NCBI GenBank assembly: GCA_049511215.1
Contig: JBEKYG010000002.1
Location: forward strand, 1 to 34,989
Reading direction: 5' to 3'
From: Acidobacteriota bacterium
Lineage (GTDB): Bacteria > Acidobacteriota > UBA6911
DNA: 34,989 nt
The translations under genes and the position numbers were made by a program. Below are positions 1-8,057 of the stretch, one piece after another. Position 1 is the first letter of the stretch. Each line of letters opens with the position of its first letter. The notes under the pieces are model-generated. The model worked only from the letters and a program-made list of their open reading frames with translations, searched no databases and had not been told where the DNA came from.

Positions 1-929
1 GGCGAGAGCAAAGACTTGCCCCGAAAGTTACCGCGATCCAAGAGCATCTTCGCGTAAATCGCCACATCCCGGGCGCTCGAAAACAAGCCTGCATGCCCCG
101 CGACTCCGCCCATGCGCCCCGCGGTCGGGTCGTGGACCTCGCCGCGCAGCATCTGCAGCGCCGATGCGGGATCGCTTCCTTTCAGGTACTGCAACGAGCG
201 GTCGCGCGATTCGGTCGGTGCAATCCGGTCGCGCCAGGATGCCGGCGGATTGAATGTAGTCTCACTCATCCCGAGCGGCTGGTAGATCTCCTGCTGAACG
301 AAAATGTCCAGGCTCTTGCCGCTGATCGCCCGGACAACCTCTCCTAGCGAGATAAAGTTAAGGTCGCTGTAGAGGAACTGCCTTCCCGGTTGTGCCTGGG
401 TGGGTATGTGCCAAAGTTCCTCGAGCGCGGCATCGCGACCCTCCCAGGGTTTGGAAAGATCGAAGTCCGCGGGCAGGCCCGAAAAATGAGTCAGCAGCTG
501 TCGAACGGTGATGTCGTCCTTGCCTCCGCCGGAAAAGAGCGGAAGGTAGCGCTTCACTCTATCCCCGATACGCAGCTGGCCATTCTGGACCAAAAGCATG
601 ATGGCAGGGGTGGTGGCGAGCACCTTTGTGAGTGAGGCCATGTCGAAGATGGTGTCCGTGGTCATTGGCTCACTTTGCGGCTGAAGCGCCCGGAAGCCGA
701 ACGCCTTGAGGTATCCGATCTTTCCGTGGCGGGCGACCAGCACGACGGCGCCCGGGGCCTCTCGCGCCTGGATTGAGGCAGCGACCGCGACATCGATACG
801 GCCCAACTGGGCCGAGCGTAATCCAATTTTTTCGGGAGCAGCCCGGGGGAGCCCTACTTTTTCCTGCGAAACCCCCTCGAATGCGAGGCAGCACAACAAC
901 AGGCAGGCCAAACAGGTTCGATAGCCCAC
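1..929 (-). CDS. beta-lactamase-family serine hydrolase (PBP/class C-like); C-terminus runs off the window
   Basis: Absent from the ORF track because the frame is open to the window edge. The reverse-strand frame starts at GTG (929-927), preceded by GAGGAGG. The N-terminus VGYRTCLACLLLCCLAFEG looks like a signal peptide. Motifs: FDMASLTKVLAT (SxxK), LYSDLNF (YxN-like), GVAGHAGLFSS (HxG box). No in-frame stop down to nt 3. Confidence 0.8.
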   Translation of the reverse strand, partial: MGYRTCLACLLLCCLAFEGVSQEKVGLPRAAPEKIGLRSAQLGRIDVAVAASIQAREAPGAVVLVARHGKIGYLKAFGFRALQPQSEPMTTDTIFDMASLTKVLATTPAIMLLVQNGQLRIGDRVKRYLPLFSGGGKDDITVRQLLTHFSGLPADFDLSKPWEGRDAALEELWHIPTQAQPGRQFLYSDLNFISLGEVVRAISGKSLDIFVQQEIYQPLGMSETTFNPPASWRDRIAPTESRDRSLQYLKGSDPASALQMLRGEVHDPTAGRMGGVAGHAGLFSSARDVAIYAKMLLDRGNFRGKSLLS

Positions 930-1064
930 TTCACCTCCTCTTAGAGCGGAATGAGCGGATTATAACACGTCTCAGACCTCCGACTTATTGGCCGGAGGCC
1001 GATTCATTATTCTTCACGGCCATGGCGGTCATCCGGGTTTCCAGGTGATACAATCCTGCCGGGG

Positions 1065-2243
1065 GTGCTAATGAACGAATTTCGCGGGGTGGATTTTTTT
1101 CAGGCCGACGATCTGCTTTCGGAAGATGAAAAAATGGTGCGCGACACCGTGCGCGCTTTTGTCGACGACAAGGTCGTGCCGATCATGGATCAACATTTCG
1201 AAAATGCGACCTTTCCCACGCAGCTGGTTTCGGAGATGGGCGATCTCGGCCTGTTGGGCGCGAACCTCCCCGAAGCGTACGGCTGTGCAGGTATGAAGGA
1301 TGTCGCCTACGGTCTGGTGATGCAGGAACTCGAGCGCGGCGACAGCGGGCTGCGCAGCTTTGCTTCCGTTCAAGGGGCGCTGGTCATGTACCCCATCCTC
1401 ACCTTCGGCTCAGAGGAGCAGCGGCGGCATTGGCTGCCCAGGATGGCCCGCGGCGAGGCCATCGGCTGTTTCGGGCTGACGGAACCCGATCATGGGTCGG
1501 ACCCGGGAGGAATGATCACCCGCGCCGTGAAGGACGGGAATCGCTGGGTTTTGAACGGCGCCAAATCCTGGATCACCAATGGGACCATTGCCGATGTGGC
1601 GATCGTGTGGGCGAAACTGGACGGTGAGGTGCGCGGGTTTCTGGTCGAGAAAGGCACGAAAGGGTTCACGGCTCCCGAAATCAAACACAAGATGTCGTTG
1701 AGAGCATCCATCACCTCACAGCTTATCCTCGAGGATTGTTTCATTCCGGAGGAGAACCTGCTGCCGGGCGGCCAAGGGCTCAAATCCGCCTTAATGTGCT
1801 TGAATCAGGCCCGCTATGGAATTGCCTGGGGCGCGCTGGGCGCGGCCATGGCCTGCTATCACATCTCCCTGGAATATGCCAAAGAGAGGATACAATTCGG
1901 CCGTCCGATCGCAGGCTTTCAGCTGGTGCAGGAAAAACTGGCCTACATGCTTTCTGAGATTACCAAGGGGCAGCTGCTCGCTATTCAGCTGGGCCGGCTA
2001 AAGGAGGCCGGCAAGCTGCACTTCGCTCAGACCTCGCTCGCCAAACGCAACAACGTCGAGATTGCCCTCGAGATCGCGCGCCTGGCTCGCGAAATTCTCG
2101 GAGCCAACGGCATCAGCCTGGAGTTTCAGGTGATCCGCCACATGTGCAACCTGGAAACGCTCAAGACCTACGAAGGCACCCATGACATCCATACCCTGAT
2201 CCTCGGCCAAGCCATTACCGGGCTGGAAGCCTTTACCTCGTGA
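1065..2243 (+). CDS. acyl-CoA dehydrogenase, glutaryl-CoA dehydrogenase-like
   Basis: 392-aa ORF. ACAD hallmarks: GLTEPDHGSD, WITNG, and the C-terminal NLETLKTYEGTHDIHTLILGQAITG typical of the GCDH subgroup. The start is GTG 1065 or ATG 1071. Confidence 0.85.
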   Translation: MLMNEFRGVDFFQADDLLSEDEKMVRDTVRAFVDDKVVPIMDQHFENATFPTQLVSEMGDLGLLGANLPEAYGCAGMKDVAYGLVMQELERGDSGLRSFASVQGALVMYPILTFGSEEQRRHWLPRMARGEAIGCFGLTEPDHGSDPGGMITRAVKDGNRWVLNGAKSWITNGTIADVAIVWAKLDGEVRGFLVEKGTKGFTAPEIKHKMSLRASITSQLILEDCFIPEENLLPGGQGLKSALMCLNQARYGIAWGALGAAMACYHISLEYAKERIQFGRPIAGFQLVQEKLAYMLSEITKGQLLAIQLGRLKEAGKLHFAQTSLAKRNNVEIALEIARLAREILGANGISLEFQVIRHMCNLETLKTYEGTHDIHTLILGQAITGLEAFTS

Positions 2244-2273
2244 CGATTAACGAATGACGAACGGCTTGGTGGT

Positions 2274-2678
2274 TCATCGTCCGTCGTCGTTCCTTGGGGG
2301 GTCGCACGGGCTGGCATGGGCGGCAAGGATCTCGCGTATCTTGTTCTTGAGAGGCTCCAGGTCACCAGATTTGATGATGTATGCCTCGGCAGCCCAAGTG
2401 AGAAAGTCATCCAGGTAAGAAGAGTAGGCTGTGTTGAGAATGATCGGGATCCTTCCATATTCGCGGAGGATCTCCGCCATGGTATCCAGCCCGTCCCTTC
2501 CCGGCATGCGAATATCCATGACGATCACATCGGGAGTCTCCAGGGCCACACGCTCTGCAGCCTCGCTGCCATTACTGGCCGTGACCACGCGGTAGCCTTC
2601 GGTTTCCAGCTCGGCTTGATACAGTCTGAGCAAGTTCCTGTCATCCTCGACAATCAGAACCGTATTCATTGATTCCAC
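2274..2678 (-). CDS. stand-alone response regulator receiver (CheY-like)
   Basis: 134 aa. LIVEDD acidic pocket, VIVMDIRMPGRDG phospho-acceptor Asp, conserved T and K (AYIIKSGD). No output domain. It lies 8 nt downstream of the kinase gene. Confidence 0.85.
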   Translation of the reverse strand: MESMNTVLIVEDDRNLLRLYQAELETEGYRVVTASNGSEAAERVALETPDVIVMDIRMPGRDGLDTMAEILREYGRIPIILNTAYSSYLDDFLTWAAEAYIIKSGDLEPLKNKIREILAAHASPCDPPRNDDGR

Positions 2679-2686
2679 TCCTAAAA

Positions 2687-4165
2687 CTACGCTGAAGCCG
2701 CGCCTCCCGGCGCAACGGTCTTCCCCTCGGGGTTAATGGCGAGCCGCAATTTGAAAATTGTACCCTGTCCGGGTGTGCTCTTGAAGAGGATTAATCCAGA
2801 GTGATTTTCCACAACCTGAGAGACGATGGTGAGCCCCAGTCCCGTGCCGGTAGTCTTGGTGGTGAAGAACGGCTTGAACAGCTTGTTCCAGTTTTGTTCT
2901 GGGATGCCGATTCCCGTGTCGCCAACCTCGATCTCCAGAAATTGGGTGACGACAGAGGTTGTAACCGTGAGGGTCCCGCCTGCCGGCATGGCCTCCAGGG
3001 CATTGGATACGAGATTCATCAGGGCCTGTCGCACCTGGATCTCATCGATCTTTGCGATCGGAAGGTCGGTTTCCAACCGGAGCATCGCGCGCACCGAGTT
3101 TCGCTGGATCTCGTCGTGCATCGTAGCCAGGACGCTACAGACGAGGGCGTTGACATCCGCAGGCTTGAAATGCGGCTGGGAGATCCTGCGGTAGGCGAGC
3201 ACCTCCCCAACCAGCCTCTCCAGGCGAGCCACGTCCGCGACGATGATCTCCAAATCATCCCTTCGCGCGTCCTCGTGCGGCATCACGCGCAGCAGCCTTC
3301 GGGCAAAGCCACCGATCGATGCCAACGGGGCGCGGATTCTGAATGCCAGCAATGAGGCCAACCTCCCCATGGTCGATAACCTTTCCAGCTGCAGAAGCTG
3401 TTGCTGGCTTTCGCGCAGGGTTATGGTCTGATCCTCAGAGATCTTGATTTGATCAATCAGGCGTTGATGGAGGCGGGTATTCTGAATGGCCGCGCTCGCC
3501 TCCTGGGCGAATATCTGCAAGAGCCTGAGGTTGGCGAGGTCGATGGGCGCGCGCGCGATGGCGTTGTCGGCGATCAAGAGTCCCAACTCCTTGTTCGCGA
3601 GAAATAGTGGCGCCACCGCGAACTCGTCCGTGCCGAACAGCCTGATCAATTTCTCGTCGACCGGCAGGCCGTGTGGCAGGAACAGCCCATTGGCGGCCCG
3701 GGAAGCCTCATGAGACTTCAGGATTGTGACCAGCGGATTTGTGTCATCGCTGAGTGGGATTTGAATGTGGGAGACGACTTCGTTGATCCACTTGTCCTTC
3801 TTGATGCCGTTCGTGAGGATGGAGTTCAGAAGATCGCCCAGCGTCTCCTGGTTCCTCTGCAGTTCGCGCCAGATCGCGTGTGCTTCCTCGGGTGTTTCGG
3901 GACCGATGGCCATCCGGCCGCGCAGTGTTTGCGTCTCCTCATCGAGCAGCAGGATAAACGCGCGATTGAAGCCCAGGCCGCTTCCGGCAGTCACTCCCAC
4001 GAGGATGATGCAGAGTGCCTTCTCTTGATCCATCGTGCGTTGGAGCGCATGGCCCACCTCGTAGAAAATGGTCAGCTCTGCGAGGCGACGCTCCAAAGGA
4101 ACTGCCGCAAGGGAAGGTTGAGAGAGATCTTGCACACTCATCATCCACGCCGTCCGAGCAGGCAA
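2687..4165 (-). CDS. GAF-domain sensor histidine kinase-like protein with a degenerate H-box
   Basis: 492 aa. An N-terminal GAF-like region is followed by a DHp-like helix, ERLSTMGRLASLLAFRIRAPLASIGGFARRLL. The HATPase_c domain is intact: N box LMNLVSNALEAM, G1 DTGIGI, F FKPFFTTK, G2 GTGLGL. Confidence 0.85.
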   Translation of the reverse strand: MPARTAWMMSVQDLSQPSLAAVPLERRLAELTIFYEVGHALQRTMDQEKALCIILVGVTAGSGLGFNRAFILLLDEETQTLRGRMAIGPETPEEAHAIWRELQRNQETLGDLLNSILTNGIKKDKWINEVVSHIQIPLSDDTNPLVTILKSHEASRAANGLFLPHGLPVDEKLIRLFGTDEFAVAPLFLANKELGLLIADNAIARAPIDLANLRLLQIFAQEASAAIQNTRLHQRLIDQIKISEDQTITLRESQQQLLQLERLSTMGRLASLLAFRIRAPLASIGGFARRLLRVMPHEDARRDDLEIIVADVARLERLVGEVLAYRRISQPHFKPADVNALVCSVLATMHDEIQRNSVRAMLRLETDLPIAKIDEIQVRQALMNLVSNALEAMPAGGTLTVTTSVVTQFLEIEVGDTGIGIPEQNWNKLFKPFFTTKTTGTGLGLTIVSQVVENHSGLILFKSTPGQGTIFKLRLAINPEGKTVAPGGAASA

Positions 4166-4201
4166 GAGCCCGAAAGGCGGTAACCACCATGCCTCCCCCC
4201 G

Positions 4202-5710
4202 CTATCTGGAGTGGGCATGTCTTTTCCAATAAATTTTTTCATACAGATCCATGTACTTTCGCGCCGATTCCTCCCAGGACCAGCGCTGCATCATGTCCCG
4301 CACTACAAGCCGGCGCCAGCGTTCCAAGTCCGCATAAATCACGAGAGCGCGCTCGATGGCCGTCATCATGTCTGCCGCCGAATAATCCTTAAAGACGAAG
4401 CCTGTCCCGCTATCACCCTTGAGGTCGTAGTCCGCGATCGTGTCCGCAAGCCCACCCGTCGACCTCACGATCGGAACCGTGCCGTAACGCAAGCTATAAA
4501 GCTGGTTCAAGCCGCAGGGCTCATATTTGGATGGCATCAAGAACATGTCGGCGCCTGCCTCGATCTGATGCGCCAGACGGTTGTCGAATCCGAGTTTAAC
4601 CCCGAACTTCTGAGGATAGCGAGCGGAGATGTTCTCGAACAGCTCGTGGTATTTCAGCTGGCCGGTCCCGAGCAGCACCATCTGCATGTCCTGCGCTGCG
4701 ATCTCTTCGATTGCTTCGCCGATCAGGTCGAAGCCTTTCTGGTCGGCCAAGCGGGAGATGATCCCGATAAGAGGAACACGCCCTTTTCGTCGGGGCAATT
4801 TCATAGTTTGCAGCAGGGCGGCCTTGCAATCGGCTTTGCCCGAGAGATCCTGCATGGAATAGTGGGCTGCGACAAGCGGATCAGTCTCCGGATTCCACTC
4901 GTCATAGTCGATGCCGTTTACGATACCGTATAGATCGCCCGCCCTCCTCTTCAGAACATCTTCCAGGCCATAGCCGTAATCAGGCCCTGACTGGATTTCC
5001 CGCGCATAATTGACGCTCACGGTGTTGATCAGATCCGCAAACTCCAACCCGACCTTCATGAAGTTCACCTTGCCCCAGTACTCGAAGGGGGAGAGCGGAG
5101 CGAAGTACCCGGAATCGATCCCCGCCCAGAACAGGGCTTCTTTCTCATACAAGCCCTGATACGCCAGGTTATGAACGGTCAAAAGACATCCGGTGTGCGC
5201 GAAGAAAGGGTCGTTCCTGTAAACGGTGCTCAGCAGCCCCGGGATCAGCGCTGTCTGGGAATCGTGGCAATGAATCACGTCCACGGGCTGTTTCAGCCTG
5301 CGCACCAGTTCGAGGCCCGCCTTGGCATAAAAGGCAAGGCGCTGCACGTTGTCGGGATACCCTTCCTTGGTTTCCGGGTCGTCATAAACCCCTTCCCGCG
5401 CAAAATATCCTCCACCACCTACGAAGAACACCTCGACCCTGGTTCCCGGTACGGTTGTCTGGGCAACCTCAGCGCGCACGACCTCTGGTCCCATGGGAAT
5501 GTCGAACGAGGGAACGACAGCGCTCGGGTGGATTCCAAACTTCTCGCGCGCGATCACCTGGTAAGCGGGCAAAACAATGGTCACCTGTGCGCCCAGTTGG
5601 TCGAGGACTTTCGGAAGGGCGCCCACCACATCCGCCAGCCCCCCCACCTTGACGTAGGGCGCGGCCTCAGCCGAGAACATCACGATGCGTTTGCGATCCT
5701 TGTCTGACAT
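4202..5710 (-). CDS. glgA: glycogen (starch) synthase, GT5
   Basis: 502 aa. N-terminal MFSAEAAPYVKVGGLADVVGALPKVL carries the KxGGL motif. The C-terminal STGGLADT motif and overall length fit GlgA. Confidence 0.9.
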   Translation of the reverse strand: MSDKDRKRIVMFSAEAAPYVKVGGLADVVGALPKVLDQLGAQVTIVLPAYQVIAREKFGIHPSAVVPSFDIPMGPEVVRAEVAQTTVPGTRVEVFFVGGGGYFAREGVYDDPETKEGYPDNVQRLAFYAKAGLELVRRLKQPVDVIHCHDSQTALIPGLLSTVYRNDPFFAHTGCLLTVHNLAYQGLYEKEALFWAGIDSGYFAPLSPFEYWGKVNFMKVGLEFADLINTVSVNYAREIQSGPDYGYGLEDVLKRRAGDLYGIVNGIDYDEWNPETDPLVAAHYSMQDLSGKADCKAALLQTMKLPRRKGRVPLIGIISRLADQKGFDLIGEAIEEIAAQDMQMVLLGTGQLKYHELFENISARYPQKFGVKLGFDNRLAHQIEAGADMFLMPSKYEPCGLNQLYSLRYGTVPIVRSTGGLADTIADYDLKGDSGTGFVFKDYSAADMMTAIERALVIYADLERWRRLVVRDMMQRWSWEESARKYMDLYEKIYWKRHAHSR

Positions 5711-5781
5711 ATCACCCCTGGGCAGATGTGAACTTGAAACGGCTTGTGTTTGCCGCCTCTTTCCTAATCCGCACGGGACAC

Positions 5782-6047
5782 ACTAATCAGTTCATAAATA
5801 GGTGGACATTTGATCCAAAAATGAGGAGTTGGACGGGGGTCATGACCGCTCCAGGTGGCGATCATCGGTATCGGAATCGGGGTCGCAATCGCTATCGCAA
5901 TCGCTATCGGCTTTTGCAGACCCACACAACCGACTGCGACTGCGACTGCGGTTGCGACGGCGATTGCGATCCCGATCCCGACGGATTTAGTGTTCTCCTT
6001 CATTTTCGGAACAGCCGAATGTCAACAATATTAATGAACTGATTAGT
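5782..6047. repeat. composite palindromic element, copy A (conserved shell plus 6-nt-period hairpin core)
   Basis: Imperfect ~30-bp terminal inverted repeats: ACTAATCAGTTCATAAATAGGTGGACATT (5782-) and AATGTCAACAATATTAATGAACTGATTAGT (-6047). The interior arms are (ATCGNN)n and its complement around GGCTTTTGCAGACCC (5909-5923). A second copy lies at 24391-24651. Confidence 0.8.
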
Positions 6048-6058
6048 ATCATGATCCA

Positions 6059-7087
6059 TTATAGCTCGACTTCTCGGAGGTATTTGGCTGCTTCTTCCGG
6101 CGCCGTAGGGTTAATGTAGAACCCTGTCCCCCACTCAAAGCCGGCGATGCGGGTGAGGCGAGGCATGATCTCGATGTGCCAATGGTAGTCGACCGCGATA
6201 GTGTCCCAATAAGCCGTACGTTTAGGGGTTACCTGAACGTTGGGGATGGTATGAATCAAGAAGTTGTAAGGCGGATCGTTGAGGCACTTCTTGGTTCTCA
6301 GCAGCACTTCCTTGAGCGCAAGCGCGAGCTCGTGGATCATGCCGTCGCTGATCTCGGCAAAGCTGTGGTGGTGATGCCTGGGTGCCAGGAAAAGCTCGAA
6401 CGGGAAACGCGATGCATAGGGTGTGATGGCGACGAAATGCTCGTTCGCAAGCACGATGCGCTCAGCCGATTCAATCTCCTGCTCGATAACATCGCAGAAG
6501 AGGCAGCGTTCCTTATAACGGTAATGGTCTCTCGCTGAGGACAACTCCTCTGCCAGCGTCAGAGGCGTTACGGGCGTGGCGATAATCTGGGTGTGTGGGT
6601 GCGAGAGTGAAGCTCCGGCAGCGGCGCCGTAGTTCTTGAAAATCAGAATGTATTTGAAACGGAAATCTCGCAGCAAGTCAACAAGGCGCTCGCGGTACAT
6701 CCAGATCACCTTTTTGAGATCCTCGACCGGCATGTCGGCCAAACTCAGGTCATGATTGGGGGTCTCAATGATAACCTCGTGCGCTCCGACGCCGTTCATC
6801 CGATCGTGGATGCCGATGCCCTTGCGATCCAGTTCGCCTTCAATCCGCAGAGCGGGAAATTTGTTTGGAACCACACGTACCTGCCACCCGGGCGTGTTTG
6901 GCCCCCTCCCGTTATAGCGGATGGCTGTGATTTCAGGCGGAGTCTTGCCCTCATTCCCCTCACAGAAGGGGCAGAACCCGCTCGGCGTACTCTGTTCCAG
7001 CCGAGGGAAATCGTCGGGCCGGCGGCCGCGTTCGGAGGCAATAATCACCCAGCGTTTCTGTATCGGATCGTGACGTAATTCGGGCAT
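6059..7087 (-). CDS. galT: galactose-1-phosphate uridylyltransferase family (HIT superfamily) nucleotidyl transferase
   Basis: 342 aa. CPFCEGNE zinc-knuckle and the HPHTQI (HxHxQ) active-site motif of class I GalT. The physiological substrate is not determinable from sequence. Confidence 0.8.
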   Translation of the reverse strand: MPELRHDPIQKRWVIIASERGRRPDDFPRLEQSTPSGFCPFCEGNEGKTPPEITAIRYNGRGPNTPGWQVRVVPNKFPALRIEGELDRKGIGIHDRMNGVGAHEVIIETPNHDLSLADMPVEDLKKVIWMYRERLVDLLRDFRFKYILIFKNYGAAAGASLSHPHTQIIATPVTPLTLAEELSSARDHYRYKERCLFCDVIEQEIESAERIVLANEHFVAITPYASRFPFELFLAPRHHHHSFAEISDGMIHELALALKEVLLRTKKCLNDPPYNFLIHTIPNVQVTPKRTAYWDTIAVDYHWHIEIMPRLTRIAGFEWGTGFYINPTAPEEAAKYLREVEL

Positions 7088-7280
7088 AGATCTGAAGCCT
7101 GTCGGTAGGTTCTAGGTTCATATTAGTCTGCCGGAAAAGCAGCGACGCCAGACAAAGAAAACCAAGCTAAAGCCCAAAGTTAATGCCCATGGGTAAACTC
7201 TGATCCTAACATTCCCGCCCTCTCAATTCAACGCCGCTGCGATGCCGGCTGTGATTCAGACACTACAAGAAAAAACAGCC

Positions 7281-7373
7281 ACGAATAACACGAATGGAGT
7301 AGAGGCAGGCTCTGTGTTGCTCGATTCCGGTGGTGCTCGTCGGAAGTTTCGCCTCGCTATTCGTATCATTCGT
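7281..7373. repeat. hairpin with short-unit tandem arms (ACGAAT, 9-nt period)
   Basis: Left arm ACGAATAACACGAAT (7281-7295) and right arm ATTCGTATCATTCGT (7359-7373) pair at 12 of 15 positions. A 63-nt spacer separates them. It sits in the non-coding spacer upstream of galT. Confidence 0.55.
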
Positions 7374-7430
7374 ACTACTTATCGTCAAATCCTTGTTGTT
7401 AGAGCACAAAAGTCAAAAGTTTAATGCAGG

Positions 7431-7484
7431 GGCCGCGGAGAATATCCTTGTTTCAAGATATTTTTCTATCCGATCTCCGCGGCC
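7431..7484. other. GC-rich inverted repeat hairpin downstream of the glgP remnant
   Basis: GGCCGCGGAGA (7431-7441) is perfectly complementary to TCTCCGCGGCC (7474-7484), with extra inner pairing AATATCCTTG/CAAGATATT. No adjacent U-tract, so terminator function is uncertain. Confidence 0.45.
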
Positions 7485-7604
7485 TCCGCATTGATCCCTG
7501 CGGTCTCTGCGTTAAGCTTTTGCTTTTGATTGCGGCTATGCTACCGGCGTTCTTCGTGGCCAGGTTTTTTCCTCACTGTCCGAATTGCAGCGCTGCCGGC
7601 ATCG

Positions 7605-8057
7605 TCAGGGCAAGCAGTATTTCTGGGTCCACTCCTTGATCATGCGCCAGGTGGTGAACCTGGGTACCAGTGTCGCCATCGCACGCCGGACCATTTGGAT
7701 CCAGCGGCGAGGGATTCCTTGGGCATCGCGTTCATAGAATCAAGGGATGACTTGATCTTGGAGCACGCGATAGAGGTTTTCGCTGTCGATCCGATCCTGC
7801 TCTTCGACCCATGCCAGGTGAGAATCCGCGCCGAGGGCAAAGCCATTCGTGCCGTCGTAGCCTTCCCGATACCGGCCGTCCAGGATGCTCAGGTTCAGCC
7901 CGCCATTGCAGCCGATCTTCTGCCAGCCATGGGGAGAAAGTTCATGAAAGATATCCTGGCAATCCTGGTTCCACGTCCACCAGAGATTCCCCGCCAGCCG
8001 CTTCAGCCTTGTGATAAGTGAGGTGACTTCATCCTGCGAGAGACTTGCCTTGTTCAT
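7605..8057 (-). pseudogene. alpha-glucan phosphorylase (GT35, glgP-type) remnant: internal deletion plus in-frame stop
   Basis: The 105-aa ORF (8057-7743) joins a DUF3417-like N-terminus (LAGNLWWTWNQDCQDIFHELSPHGW) directly to C-terminal phosphorylase motifs (NGGLNLSILDGRYREGYDGTNGFALG...LYRVLQDQVIP). After TGA at 7742-7740 the same frame continues the homology: FYERDAQGIPRRWIQMVRRAMATLVPRFTTWRMIKEWTQKYCLP, ending at a stop at 7607-7605. That is ~150 codons, versus the roughly 700-850 I recall for intact enzymes. Confidence 0.7.

Noticed and set aside
1046-1054. An extended -10-like TGATACAAT upstream of the acyl-CoA dehydrogenase gene.
   Set aside because: There is no convincing -35, and it lies only ~10-16 nt from the candidate start codons. 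That is too weak to report as a feature.
7242-7639. Small plus-strand ORFs (7242-7424, 7424-7639) in the galT upstream spacer, and 12817-13020 / 13089-13304 in the rpoD upstream spacer.
   Set aside because: They have no RBS support and no recognisable motifs. They overlap hairpin repeats or AT-rich non-coding DNA, so they are most likely spurious.
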